From the NCBI GenBank assembly GCA_964016885.1, contig OZ024742.1, positions 217,806,001 to 217,870,000 on the forward strand: a DNA stretch of 64,000 nucleotides. Reading direction: 5' to 3'. This stretch comes from Eledone cirrhosa (taxonomy: Eukaryota). Both the position numbers and the translations under genes were made by a program. Below, one piece after another: positions 1-13,479 of this stretch. The notes beneath the pieces are model-generated. The model was not told the DNA's origin. It worked only from the letters and a program-made list of their open reading frames with translations, and ran no database searches. How positions within the stretch are numbered: position 1 is the stretch's first letter; the number at the start of each line of letters is the position of its first letter.

Positions 1-838
1 GGGTCCGTATTTGTTAATGAAGTAAGATTCCTTGCTGATGCGCTGGGTGTGGGTGGCATTATCTTTAAATTTGTAGAGGGGAAAGATTCTGGAGTTGGGA
101 TGATTTTGGGCGGCACAGGTATCAATGTGTTCACTCAGTGGTATTTTCCTGTATTCCCGTATTTTAATTTGGGATCTATGGACAGTCATGCGTTGGCGGA
201 GGCTGTTTTTGGTCTGGCCTATGTATTGTTCTCGACAACCTGAACAAGTTAATACATATATTAAATTTTCCGATGCACATGTGAAATTGTGTTTTACTAT
301 AAAACGTTGTCCATCTTTGAAATAGAATTCCGAACCCTCTATTAGGTTGATGCAAATGCCACAGTTGGGTCTATCGCATTTTTTACTGTGGGTTTCGTTG
401 TTGTGGTTGGCAGTACTTTGGCATGTGTTAAGATGTTTTTCATTGACTTGGATTGTCTTTTGCTCTTTATGATATCGTGTGTTCGTAGAATTTGGTTCAT
501 TCTATGGTCCTTTTTCAATACAGGGATGTTCTGGAGGATGGTGTCAAAGGCCTCATTGTTGAGGGGGTTGTGTGTGGAGATGTATGGAAGAGCTTTTAGT
601 TTTGGTTGATTTACTTTAGGGTGTCTAAGGTCCTGGGTACTGAGTTTTAGGGCACGTTGGATTCCATTGTCAATTAGTGATGCAGGGTAGTCCCTGCCTA
701 TGAGTGTGTCCTTTAGTTCTTGTAGCCGTAAGTAGCAGATGTTTTTATTGGAGACTATAGTACAGATTCTCTTGGCTAAGTTGTAGGGAATATTAATTTT
801 AACGTGTCTAGGGTGGCAAGAGTTGAAGGGGAGGTACT
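1..838 (-). mobile_element. Penelope-like element fragment: RT C-terminal region plus GIY-YIG endonuclease, frameshifted, runs off the window edge
   Basis: Manual minus-strand translation gives YLPFNSCHPRHVKINIPYNLAKRICTIVS... then, after a frameshift, CDRPNCGIC...FTCASENLIYVLTCSGCREQYIGQTKNSLRQRMTVHR...KESYFINKY. This has a LIY...YIG motif with a Cys-rich linker (Neptune-like). Confidence 0.9.
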
Positions 839-1018
839 TAAAAACTTAAAACCACAACTGAATACTAACCCATACAATCACTAATACTCTTTTATTCCTA
901 ATTAAACCATTTTTCAACTGTGAACAATTTGTCAGCATTTTCTATTCCGTTTACCAATATATATATATATATATATACACACACATATATACTGTATATA
1001 TATATATATATTACAATA

Positions 1019-1235
1019 GGGCGGTGGATTGGCAGTATCGGTGGAGGATCGGGCACGATGCTTTGCAGCATAGAGTTACGGCCCTTTACGGGTTGAGTTC
1101 AAATCCCACCGAGACTAACTTTGCCTTTCATCCTTACGGGGGTCGATAAAATAAAGTACCAGTCACGCACTGGGGTCGATTTAATCGACTTTCTCCTCCC
1201 CCAAAATTATGGCCTTGTGCCTATATAAGAAACCA
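1019..1235 (+). mobile_element. tRNA-derived SINE (main family of the window)
   Basis: A-box-like TGGCAGTATCGG, B-box GAGTTCAAATCCC, conserved core ACTTTGCCTTTCATCCTTACGGGGTCGATAAAATAAAGTACCAG, 3' end GGCCTTGTGCC..GAAAC; more than 10 dispersed copies in the window. Confidence 0.9.
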
Positions 1236-1255
1236 TATATATATAATCCAATGAA

Positions 1256-1441
1256 TAATTGTTTCTACTTTAGGCACAAGGCCAGCAATTACCCAGTGCA
1301 TTACTGGTACTTTATTTTATCGACCCCGTAAGGATGAAAGGCAAAGTCAACCTCGGCGGGTTTTGAACTCAGATCGTAAAGGGTCGTAACTCTATGCTGG
1401 AAAGCATGGCGTCCGACCCTCTACCGATACTGCCAATCCAA
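1256..1441 (-). mobile_element. tRNA-derived SINE, main family
   Basis: Reverse complement of the same consensus, tail-to-tail with the 1019 copy. Confidence 0.9.
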
Positions 1442-1565
1442 TGAATAATACTCTAGGTACATGATGGACTTCATCGGAATTTTATAACTCAATATAGGAT
1501 CTTCATGACAACAAATCCTATAGTTCTCTCCTCGCTATGACTCTCATGCCCATATACTTTCATTT

Positions 1566-1641
<76 letters not shown>

Positions 1642-1900
1642 ACACACACATACACACACACGCACATATACACACACACGCACATATACACACAGATACA
1701 CACGCACGCACATATATATATATATATACACACACACACGCATATATATATATATATATAATACACACATATACACACACACATATATACATACACACAT
1801 ACACACACACACATACACACATACACACACATATGCGCACACACACGCTCACACACATACACACAACACACATGGACGCACACACACACGCGCGCACGCG

Positions 1901-1945
<45 letters not shown>

Positions 1946-2236
1946 TTTTATTTTATTTTATTCCGGTCTCTTATTTTTATACAGTATTTTTATTCCTTTA
2001 CCCTTTGTCATTGCTCTTAACGATGCGTGCCAGGGTCGCCGGGAATGTCTATTTAACGACCTCGCTACTATTACTTAAGTCATTTATAAATTCACACGGA
2101 TGAAGTAAACTAGCTTCGAGTCACGTGTTATATTATATCCTAATCACTAAAGCATAACCAAGACAGGCATTAACACAGAAACAAGAGTTGCAGAAATAAA
2201 ATGATGTGACTTAATCTCTCTTCGTTGTATCATTGT

Positions 2237-2314
<78 letters not shown>

Positions 2315-2465
2315 AATACACGAACACTCACACATAAAATAGCAAAGTTGTACACGAAGAAAGCGAATACATGGAACCCTCTGGACAATGCACTTTCGTG
2401 CATAATGACAGGGTTAGATAATTATATCTAGGCTGCTCAATAGGTCCCTGGAAAGAAGCATGTGA

Positions 2466-2519
<54 letters not shown>

Positions 2520-2524
<5 letters not shown>

Positions 2525-2716
2525 AACAAGTAAGACCCCGACGGCTGAGCTCAAGCCGTTTCGACGGCTAATTCTGGACGTCCAGAATTAGCCGTCGAAA
2601 CGGCTTGAGCTCAGCCGTCGGGGTCTTACTTGTTCCTATTACCCACTCTACTACCCTAAGTATTGAGTACTTTGGTGCGTTATGGTCCACCTGGTTCCTT
2701 ACCACATTTCCTTCGT

Positions 2717-2717
<1 letters not shown>
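2520..2717 (+). mobile_element. PLE terminal-repeat mini insertion (family B): 120-bp perfect palindrome plus ~77-nt tail, 3' half of a hammerhead
   Basis: 2520-2639 is a palindrome centred on GACGTC. It contains GAAA-CGGC-ttgagctca-GCCG-TC (hammerhead helix III with GUC). Flanked by (TA)n; second copy at 10031-10255. Confidence 0.75.
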
Positions 2718-2794
<77 letters not shown>

Positions 2795-2799
<5 letters not shown>

Positions 2800-3244
2800 A
2801 TACTTGGGGAGGGTCATATTTGTGTAATATGCCCAGAATTAATAACAGAACACACTCACTGTTTGGTTGGTTTTCGCTTCTCGCTTCTGTGTCTTTTATA
2901 TCGGTAATCTAACTTACTCGGTCCTCAATGTTGCCATTGACTGACCGACGGTCAAAAATAATACAGATACAATATAGACACAAACACATATATATAGTTT
3001 ATCATAAATCTTTCGTTGCACATCTGCAACATCGTCAGTGGTGCTATATTTTCCTCCTGTTGTATTGTATGTCTACGCCATTTTTATTCAGTCTGTCTAT
3101 ATATTTATTTATTTATTTGCTTGTTTGTTTATTTTATTTTGTCTTCTTTGCGCATGCGTTTGCGTGTGTGTATAATGCTTTGTTTGCTGTGTGATGGGTG
3201 ACTAGTGTGTGTTTATGTGCTTGTTGTTATTGTGCTTGTGTATG

Positions 3245-3275
<31 letters not shown>

Positions 3276-4043
3276 TTTTATTTACTTATTTATACTTCTC
3301 TTAGGTCAGTGTTGTTTGTTTGGGTGTTGTTGTTATTCCATTCATTCTTTCTGTTTAGCCTTGGTCTTCTAATTTCTATTTCACTGGCCTCTCTGATTTG
3401 CCTATCTGCTGGGTCATTTCTATGTTTAGATATTATTCTAATTTCTATGTTGTCTATGTTACCGTCATGTTGTTGTCTAGCATGTTCGTATAGTACTGAC
3501 CCGTTTTTTCGTCCTTTTAGTTCCCCCCAGTGTTGGTCTATCCTTTCACCTATGCTACGAGCTGTCTCACCTATGTATGTTGTTGTCATGTTTCTGCAAG
3601 TACCCTCTGTACATCTTATGCTATAGACTACGTTTTTAGTTTTACAGTTTATCCGGGGGTTCACCTTACATATGATACATTTCCTATTGGTACAGTGGGT
3701 TTTCTTAAAAGAAGACAAAATAAAATAAACAAACAAGCAAATAAATAAATAAATATATAGACAGACTGAATAAAAATGGCGTAGACATACAATACAACAG
3801 GAGGAAAATATAGCACCACTGACGATGTTGCAGATGTGCAACGAAAGATTTATGATAAACTATATATATGTGTTTGTGTCTATATTGTATCTGTATTATT
3901 TTTGACCGTCGGTCAGTCAATGGCAACATTGAGGACCGAGTAAGTTAGATTACCGATATAAAAGACACAGAAGCGAGAAGCGAAAACCAAGTATAACAAT
4001 ATTTGTTTCGACACACGATTTCATATAAAAAACCTCGCAAAAC

Positions 4044-4046
<3 letters not shown>
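2795..4046 (-). mobile_element. PLE fold-back insertion (family E) with GIY-YIG endonuclease fragment at 3290-3710
   Basis: ORF 3290..3841(-) contains CIIC...NCKTKNVVYSIRC...YIGETARSIGERIDQH...RQIREA...LNRKNEW. Inverted arms ~2870-3147 and ~3712-3990; (TA)n flanks. Confidence 0.9.
3810..3863 (+). ncRNA. Candidate minimal type I hammerhead ribozyme (family E); mirror copy ~2994-3047 on minus
   Basis: CTGACGA-t-GTTGCA gatg TGCAAC-GAAA-GATT-TA. Helix II is perfect, helix III is quasi-palindromic (AGAUUU), helix I is weak. Confidence 0.5.
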
Positions 4047-4080
<34 letters not shown>

Positions 4081-4164
4081 AAAGGTAAACAGAAATAACA
4101 ACACAATCGGTACAGTATATGGAAGGAATATATTAGGTTAACGCTGGAAATAGCAGGAAGTGGG

Positions 4165-4200
4165 TCTTAACGTTTCGGACGCTAGTCCTTCATCAGAAGA
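4165..4200 (-). ncRNA. Minimal type I hammerhead ribozyme (PLE type)
   Basis: Minus strand reads TCTT-CTGATGA-aGGAC tagc GTCC-GAAA-CG-TT-AAGA: full core, helix II, palindromic mini helix III (ACGU) and helix I TCTT/AAGA. Confidence 0.85.
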
Positions 4201-4306
4201 AATAATGAGAAATAAGATAGATTGAAGGGACGAGCGGAGGTCCATTCATATTGTGTGTGTGTGTCTGTGGTGTGTGTGTGTGTGTGTGTGTGTCTGTGGT
4301 GTGTGT

Positions 4307-4417
<111 letters not shown>

Positions 4418-4634
4418 CACGCATGCGTTTGAAAAATGATAAGAATTACGTTTTTGATGGCTGTTATTCATTAATCAAGTGTTTTATAATGTGGGCAAAT
4501 CCAACAGACAGGAGATCCAGATGTAGACCACGAGCAAGATAGCTGGATAACATCCATTAGCTCGGCTTGTCTCATTTGGGGATCCAAGCGAACCATTTTG
4601 AGACGGTCGCTTCTGACAGGACTTTCTGGAAGGT

Positions 4635-4681
4635 GTGTCTGATGACTGTGTGAGTACGCAGGTGAAATTCCAGAGTAATAT
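4635..4681 (+). ncRNA. Degenerate hammerhead ribozyme
   Basis: GTGT-CTGATGA-CTGTGT gagt ACGCAG-gt-GAAA-TTC ca GAG-TA-ATAT. All three helices can form with G-U pairs, but there are 2 extra nt before GAAA. Confidence 0.5.
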
Positions 4682-4730
4682 TATTAATCTTTGCTTCGGT
4701 ATTGTATACTCATTCTCGCGTCCGTCAACA

Positions 4731-4856
<126 letters not shown>

Positions 4857-4980
4857 CTTTCCTCTGTTTTTTACTATACTGTTTTAGCATAAGTATTAGT
4901 TAACATATTTGTATTGAAACATTTGTAAGGTATTAAATGATTTAAGAAATCTATTCTACCTCCTGTATTTGTTAGATATA

Positions 4981-5470
4981 CTAGTAGAAAAACCACCACT
5001 CGGGTGGTTTTCTGCTAGCATGTGTAGTGTGTATATTGATACTATACGCAGGTATATATATATGTAGATATGATACATCCAATACAATCGTAATTGACAA
5101 TATATAATACATAGAAATTGAACGAAGACTGTGTTACACTGTCTTATGTAATCAGTAACGTAATCCATGATACATTAAAAAAAGACGATATTATATATAA
5201 ACTGCATTAGGAGAAAATTAGTGACAGAAAATTAGTATGTTTATTTAAGCGATCGCCGCCGGAAGTGTTGACATTTCAGAAATTTTAAAGAAGTGAATCT
5301 TTAAATAAACAAAATATATTTAATCAACAGCCATGAAATTTAGTAGATAAATTATGTAATATTCATTCATTATTTATTCAAAGTAATCCAACTTATTTTA
5401 CTAATGGGATAAAAAATTACAAACTGTACGCAGTCCCGCGCTCCTCCTTTTATTATAGTTTAGATATAGA
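4981..5470 (-). mobile_element. Non-autonomous Helitron-like element
   Basis: On minus it starts A|TCTATATCTAAACTATAATAAAA and ends with hairpin AGAAAACCACC-cgagt-GGTGGTTTTT then CTAG|T. Confidence 0.65.
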
Positions 5471-5508
5471 TATATACGGAAACACTTCATATATATATAT
5501 ATATATAT

Positions 5509-5962
5509 CAGTGGCGAAGGGTAACCTAGAAAGCAGGGCATGCAGTCCAATCGCCATGGCGGAAAGTGGGCTGCTTTTCCCCTCTAAATGCCGCATGTAG
5601 TGTTCTCTAGTGTGTGTATTGTCTTTTTATGTGTCTACGATTTAGTAAGCAGCCAAAATTCTGCTTGCTTCAACCGACGCTGTCGTGTGTTTGCGTGTAT
5701 GTGTGTGTGTGTGTGTGCGTGTGTCTGTGTGTATATGTGTGTGTGTGTGTGTGTTGTCTTTTTATGTGTCTACGATTTAGCAAGCAGCCAAAATTCTGCT
5801 TGCTTCAACCGACGCTGTCGTGTGTTTGCGTGTATGTGTGTGTGTGTGTGTCTGTGTGTATATGTGTGTGTGTGTGTGTGTTGTCTTTTTATGTGTCTAC
5901 GATTTAGCAAGCAGCCGAAATTCTGCTTGCTTCAACCGACGCTGTCATGTGTTTGTGTGTAT

Positions 5963-5994
<32 letters not shown>

Positions 5995-6226
5995 TGTCTT
6001 TTTATGTGTCTACGATTTAGCAAGCAGCCAACATTCTGCTTGCTTCAACCGACGCTGTCGTGTGTTTGTGTGTATGTGTGTGCGTGTGTATGTGTGTTAT
6101 CTGTTTATGTGTCTACGATATAGCAAGCAGCCAAAATTCTGCTTGCTTCAACCGACGCAATTGATCAACTCAAGATTCTATAACGCATGCACTGCATGCG
6201 TTGCATGCACGTACTCTTCGCCCCTG
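5509..6226. mobile_element. hAT-like MITE carrying an internal minisatellite
   Basis: TIRs CAGTGGCGAAGGGTA / TACTCTTCGCCCCTG, with 8-bp ATATATAT on both sides. Confidence 0.7.
5620..6158. repeat. Five-unit minisatellite (~100-135 bp): constant ~60-bp block plus variable (TG)n
   Basis: TGTCTTTTTATGTGTCTACGATTTAGCAAGCAGCCAAAATTCTGCTTGCTTCAACCGACGC recurs at ~5620, 5755, 5882, 5995 and 6097. Confidence 0.95.
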
Positions 6227-6559
6227 ATATATATACTATACGGAAACACTTCATATATATATATCCATAAACATCTCAACGAACAGTTGCGACGAGAAAC
6301 CAAATTCAGAGCAGTATATATAAACAAAACTTATGTTTCGAATTCCGAAACAAAGGGAGACACGAGCAAAATAAGCTTAAACTAATTTCCCTTACTGTAA
6401 TTTCAAGACGCAAGAACAGTATTAATTATCTTAACCAATGAAGACAATTAATATTGCTTGACGCGTTTAGCGTCAGAGGAAGTCTTCAGTCATAAGAAAA
6501 TCTACCGCATGTGATGCAAGCAAAAATACTCACCAACCAGGTTTTATATGCAGAGATAT

Positions 6560-7086
6560 TTCCAGTCTGATCACAGACCAATTCTCCCTCAGGGTCTTCT
6601 TTACTTCCAGGATCGTTTCGCTTCCTTTCAGGACAATGTTAGGTTCCACCAAATGTCTAATTCAGGTGGAATCCCAGCAATTCAGATTTTTAGTATTCTT
6701 CTTCCCATGTAAGAAGGAAACATTATAATCTAGTCTGTTTTACGGAGGACTACAGTGTATTTCTTTGCAAGGGCCTAGCTTTTGAAGAGCTCTGAGATGC
6801 TCCCAAACTGGTTGGCCCTTGTAACGTGTTGCATGTCAAGCCCTACAGAGTTGCCTCCCGTGGAATTGTGGGTCTAACTATGACTTTTGGGACTTGATGC
6901 CGATACGTCTGTATGTCAGGATTATTTTATCCGTCACTGCCAACACTTCAGGCGGAACACCTATGTCGGCTCAGGTTTTTTCTATTGTTACATGTTTGGC
7001 TGCCTGAGCCAAACATTCTTCTCTCTTGTTCAAATCTACACGAAACAATTCCATATCTTTAGCAGCCGTTGCTGCGAACATGCTTT

Positions 7087-7118
<32 letters not shown>

Positions 7119-7218
7119 ATCATTGATATTGTTGTTGTGTTTGCTGTTGTTATTGTTGCCGCTGTTGTTATTGTTGTCGCTGTTGCAGTTGTTGCTGCTG
7201 TTTCTATAGTTGTTTTTT
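6560..7218 (-). pseudogene. Degraded ORF1 fragment of an L1/Tx1-like LINE related to the 27-kb element
   Basis: Minus-strand peptides FAATAAK, IMFPSYMGRR and IPPELDIWW match FAAAAAK, IMYPSHMGKR and PPELDMWW at 27.5-28.0 kb, with the same upstream (AAC)n tract. Confidence 0.7.
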
Positions 7219-7303
7219 AACTTTGGCTGTTCCATTTTATGGACAGCCCGCTGTTCAATATGACGGAAAAATTTTTGTCGTCCACCATGTATATTTTTTT
7301 AAT

Positions 7304-7965
7304 AATTGTTTCTACTTTTGGTACAAGGCCAGCAATTACCCAGGGGTACTTTATTTTATTGGTACTTTATTTTATTGACCCCGTAAGGATGAAAGGCAAA
7401 GTAAACCTCGGCGGGATTTGAACTCAGAATGGCAAGGACCATAACTCTATGCGTCAAAGCATGGCGTTCGACTCTCTACCGATAGTGTCAATCCACCGCC
7501 TTCATATTTTTTTAATAATGAGAAGAATGTTTATGAAAACTAACTCAAACCCTAGTTCTATATTTATTGTATTATGTGGGAGTCTTTGTGGCATTCAGTT
7601 ATGTCTCTTTAGGTTCTGAGTTCAAATCCCGCCGGAATTAACTTTGCCTTTCATCTTTCCTGGGTCGATGAAATAAAGTATCAGCAAAGAACTGTCTCCT
7701 CCCCACAAATTGTTGGCCTTGTGCTTCAATTAGAAACCTTTATATTAGGTGTATTGGCAGATTCGGTAGAGCATCGGACAATATGCTTTGCAGCATAGAG
7801 TTGAAGCCTTTTACGTTTTGAGTTCAAAACCTGCCGAGGTTAGCTTTGCCTTTCATTTTTACGTGGTCGATAAAATAAAGTACCAGTAATGCACTGAGAT
7901 CGATTTAATCGACTTTTACCTCCTCCAAATTGCTGGCCTTGTGCTTAAATTAGAAGCCTTTATAT
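7304..7965. mobile_element. Cluster of three main-family SINEs (7304-7502 minus; ~7585-7740 plus; ~7748-7965 plus)
   Basis: Each has GAGTTCAAA and the TTTGCCTTTCAT...GTCGAT.AAATAAAGTA core. Confidence 0.85.
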
Positions 7966-8877
7966 TAGGTGTGAGTTCGATATGGATGAATAGGTCAATG
8001 GAGAGAACATTATCCTGCTGGCAGAAGCAGATGTTTCTTTTAATGAGAGAAACACACATATGATCAAAAGGAATGGTGGATGGAGGGCAGTTATTTAATT
8101 TTTACGTGAGTAGAATATAAAATATGGCTATAAAACATATATCCATTGAAAGAATATATATTTCTTTCGCAATGTTTCCACCAGAATTAGTGAAAAATTT
8201 TTTTTAATAAAAAAATGAGTTTCTCATATTACTCTTGAAGTATCGACAGATAAAAATGATTTCTACGGCTGAGATACAATAGCGAATATATTTCGAATAT
8301 CAAAAGAATATTCCGTAGAATATAGCTAACAATATGTAGCATGATGATGATGATGATGATAGTGAAATATAGCGTACGAAATAATATAAAAATATTGGAA
8401 ATCAATGTGAAGTTCGTCTCCTTCATCTCTTAATTTTGTCTGGTATTTCGATGAATTCCCAATGAGATCATATTTTATTACGGGCTGAACCGTGTTATCA
8501 ACAAATAATATAAACAACAATAACAACAACATCAACACAACAATAATATCTAAAATTATCAAATAAAGAAATAAACGTAAATTTGATAATAATTCAATTG
8601 ATGTTTCTTTTATTTGAAATATGGTATTGTTGCCATGCATCCTGTTATTTCTTCTCTATGAAAATGTAGTTGGTATTTGGTTTTATTTGAAACAAATTTA
8701 CATGAAGTACCGTTGTTGAGGTATTTAAAAAATATTTTACCTAAAGTATTTATTATCTGAACAAGAAAATCTGTACAGTGTAACTATCAGCTTGAAACAA
8801 GATACATTTGGAAAAAAAAAATATATATACATATATCATAAAGAGTCGGGGCTCTGACGGCTGAGCTCTTGGCGTTT

Positions 8878-8918
<41 letters not shown>

Positions 8919-8919
<1 letters not shown>

Positions 8920-9268
8920 CCGCGATGAATTAGTTTTGCGAGGTTTTTTTTATATGAAATCGTGTGTCGAAACAAATATTGTTATACTTGGGGACTGAAT
9001 AAAAATGGCGTAGACATGCAATACAACGGGAGGAAATAATAGCACCACTGACGATGTGCAACGAAAGATTTATGATAAACTATATATATGTGTTTGTGTC
9101 TTTATTTTTGACCGTCGGTCAGTCAATGGCAACATTGAGGACCGAGTAAATTAGGTTACCGATATAAAAGACACAGAAGCGAAAAGCGAAAACCAACGAA
9201 ACAGTGAGTGTGTTCTGTTATTAATTATGGCAATATTACACAAATATAATATAACCCTCCCCAAGTAT

Positions 9269-9274
<6 letters not shown>
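8919..9274. mobile_element. PLE family E short fold-back insertion
   Basis: Matches 3765-3990 and the 2795 terminus. The left inverted arm carries the tail, the right arm ends at CCAAGTATAACAAT; (TA)n flanks. Confidence 0.85.
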
Positions 9275-9322
<48 letters not shown>

Positions 9323-9404
9323 GTTATTCCGGGTTGAATCGGAGGTAACCACAGTAAGTAAGGTACTCAATACATTGCAGAGTATAAAGGTTTTAATATA
9401 GATG

Positions 9405-9455
9405 AGATTCTACAGGACTAGAACTGTTTCATTCTTTAGAAATCATCAGGAATCT
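9405..9455 (-). ncRNA. Type I hammerhead ribozyme (family A)
   Basis: Reverse complement of the 17004-17054 motif. Confidence 0.85.
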
Positions 9456-9993
9456 GGGTATCAAAAAATAAATATGGTATTTATAGGTCTCTACAAGTGG
9501 TAGGAGAGGGTGGGAAGTGGGATGGGTGTAGGTCATTGGTTGATAGAAAAGGGAATTCATTAAAAGCTAATTCTACAAAGCTATAGTTTATTTTTATTTT
9601 TATTAATTTTTGTTTTTAGAGTAACAAAGGCAGACAGAATTCTATAAACAGGTTCCGGATGGCATACCATTCCTTGTCATTAAGTTTCTCTTAAGCTAAC
9701 AGATGTCTATAAGATCAATGGGGGGTCAGTCATGGTCGATAGAATTAAAGGAAAGGGAGATTCTTTAAAAGCTAAATTCATTAAGGTTCTACTAAGTGAC
9801 AAAGGTTTAGAGAATTCTGTAGACAGATTCAAAATACTGAGTGCATATCTTACAATTATCTTCAAACTTCTCTTAAACTAATCAACAGACACATTCACAA
9901 AAAAACACACTCACTCACACACTCGCGCGCAACCATAAACACACATACACATTCACATATACACACATAAAAACACACACACATATATAAATA

Positions 9994-10030
<37 letters not shown>

Positions 10031-10054
<24 letters not shown>

Positions 10055-10251
10055 CGAAGGAAATGTGGTAAGGAACCAGGTGGACCATAACGCACCAAAG
10101 TACTCAATACTTGAGGTAGTAGAGTGGGTAATAGGAACCAGTAAGACCCCGACAGCTGAGCTCAAGCCGTTTCGACGGCTAATTCTGGACTAATTAGTCC
10201 AGAATTAGCCGTCGAAACGGCTTGAGCTCAGCTGTCGGGGTCTTACTGGTT

Positions 10252-10255
<4 letters not shown>
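10031..10255 (-). mobile_element. PLE family B mini fold-back insertion nested in family A
   Basis: Near-identical to 2520-2717 in opposite orientation; palindrome centre CTAATTAG at ~10189-10196. Confidence 0.8.
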
Positions 10256-10316
<61 letters not shown>

Positions 10317-10317
10317 T

Positions 10318-10449
<132 letters not shown>

Positions 10450-10457
10450 CACACATA

Positions 10458-10497
<40 letters not shown>

Positions 10498-10671
10498 CAC
10501 ATATATATACACTCACACACATACATACATACACACAAATATACATGTGTATACACATACATATATATACACATACATATATATATATACACACATATAT
10601 ATATATATATATAATACATATATATACACACATATATACATATATATACATATACACACACATACACACAA

Positions 10672-10754
<83 letters not shown>

Positions 10755-10876
10755 GTGCTTTTTCCTTATATATGTGTATATGTGTGTGTACATATACATA
10801 CACACACACAAACACATACATACATATATATACACACACACACACACACATATACACATATATAAGGAAAAAGCAC

Positions 10877-10914
<38 letters not shown>

Positions 10915-10921
<7 letters not shown>

Positions 10922-11516
10922 AAATATAGAGAAAAATACTGCAGGTAGCACATGGATAACATGTAATAAAATGAGTCCCTCATCAGTGATTTGCCGACGA
11001 TCATCGATATTTCATTGCATTAAAAATCATATACCTCACGTCGGTGCAATAATAACCAAAATAAGTTATTAGGACAATTGAAACGCGTAAAGCGAGTGAG
11101 ACAGGAGAACAACACAGAGTATAACTAACCGTAGGGGAAAGAAACAAGCTTCAAAATTATTCTGTTTAGCATAAGCTAGGTGAATATATGAGCGCTTTTA
11201 GAAAACAGACCTGACACGAACTCTGGCCATGTGAGAAGAGAGAAAAATAGCCTTCGTGGTGTACAGGATGAAATGAAGAGAAGAGAAACAGTGAGTGAGT
11301 GAAAGTGTGAGGAAGAGTTAACTGACATGACAGAGGGGGAGAAACAGAGAGACTGGGGGAGCAGTAAGAGAGAGAGAGAGAAAAAAACACAGAATCGCAG
11401 TGGTAAATATATGTAATAAAATATAGAGAAAAATACTGCAGGTAGCACATGGATAACATGTAATAAAATGAGTCCCTCATCAGTGATTTGCCGACGATCA
11501 TCGATATTTCATTGCA

Positions 11517-11520
<4 letters not shown>
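10915..11520. mobile_element. ~500-bp unit with ~105-bp direct terminal redundancy (family C), inserted in (TA)n
   Basis: ~10917-11022 is repeated at ~11415-11520. It contains CTGATGA on minus, but I found no complete hammerhead. Confidence 0.6.
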
Positions 11521-11572
<52 letters not shown>

Positions 11573-11591
11573 TACACCATTCATACATATA

Positions 11592-11639
<48 letters not shown>

Positions 11640-11676
11640 TACACACACACATATATACACAAATACATACACATAT

Positions 11677-11709
<33 letters not shown>

Positions 11710-11718
11710 CATATATAT

Positions 11719-11753
<35 letters not shown>

Positions 11754-11899
11754 AATATACATATACACATATATATACACATACACACACACACAATATA
11801 TATACACATATATACATATACACACACACACATACATACACACATACACACATACATACATACATACATACATATACAAATATATATACATATATACAT

Positions 11900-12291
<392 letters not shown>

Positions 12292-12579
12292 CACATATAT
12301 ATATATACATACAAATACACACACATATATACACACACACACATATACACATATATATACACACACACACACACACATACACATGCATATATATAAATAT
12401 ATATATATATATCTATATATATATATACATATATACACATACATACACAGACATATACATAAATATACACATATATACAAACATATATACGCATATATAC
12501 ACACATATATATACATATATTTACACGCATACACACATACACACACACACACAAATATATATACACACACTCTCTCTCA

Positions 12580-12641
<62 letters not shown>

Positions 12642-12720
12642 TATATACATATATATATACACACACACACACCTGCACACACACACATATATATATACAC
12701 ACACACACACATACACACAT

Positions 12721-12767
<47 letters not shown>

Positions 12768-13479
12768 TATACATACATATACACATATACATACATACAC
12801 ATACACATACATACACATATATACACATATATATATATACATATACACATATATATACATATATACATATATATACATACATAAATATACACACATAAAA
12901 CACATATACACACATACATATATATATATATATACATACACATACATATACACACATACACACAAATATATACACATACAAATAAATAAGTACTCAATAA
13001 ATATACGCATATACGCAGGCACATAAAAACACCTCTACAGGCAGAAAATGTAGATAGGAAAGAGGTACTCACATAACCATAGTGGCCGTATTTCAGGTTG
13101 AGGAGGGGTGGGGGTAGGGTGGGAAGGAGGTATAGGGGCCAATAGGGGGAGGTCGTTTTTAGCCATCGGGCTTTAACACTGGCTTAAAGTGTTTGAAAGT
13201 TGCAAAGTTCTTGTGCATGCAGTTCGGGCAGTGTTCAGAGAGTTTGTTCAGTAGCGGGCCCTTGACGAATAAAATTTCGTAGCTCTCTGAAATACAAATA
13301 CATCGGTGGTTCTGGGGTTAACCTTATGCAGGGCGAAGAGGCCGTCGTCTCGGTATAAACCTCCCGTTAGGCCGGTAAAGAGGTTCTTCAGGTGATGTAG
13401 GATGTACAGGCCCACAAGGTCGCTAATTTCAGCCGAGTCACTCGCCCCCAGAGATTTCTTGTTGATCCAGTAAGATCCA

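Noticed and set aside
1019-1110. tRNA gene
   Set aside because: The A and B boxes belong to a SINE head; no full cloverleaf or terminator.
5620-6158. CRISPR-like array
   Set aside because: Eukaryotic context, spacers are (TG)n rather than unique sequence, and there are no cas genes.
6455-6495. Hammerhead-like CTGAAGA...TAAACGCGTC on minus
   Set aside because: GAAA is mutated and helices I and II do not pair convincingly.
7969-8111. Possible exon (AG...GTGAGT) with a Bcl-2 BH2-like IKRNGGW peptide
   Set aside because: Two in-frame stops and only a short motif; needs a homology search.
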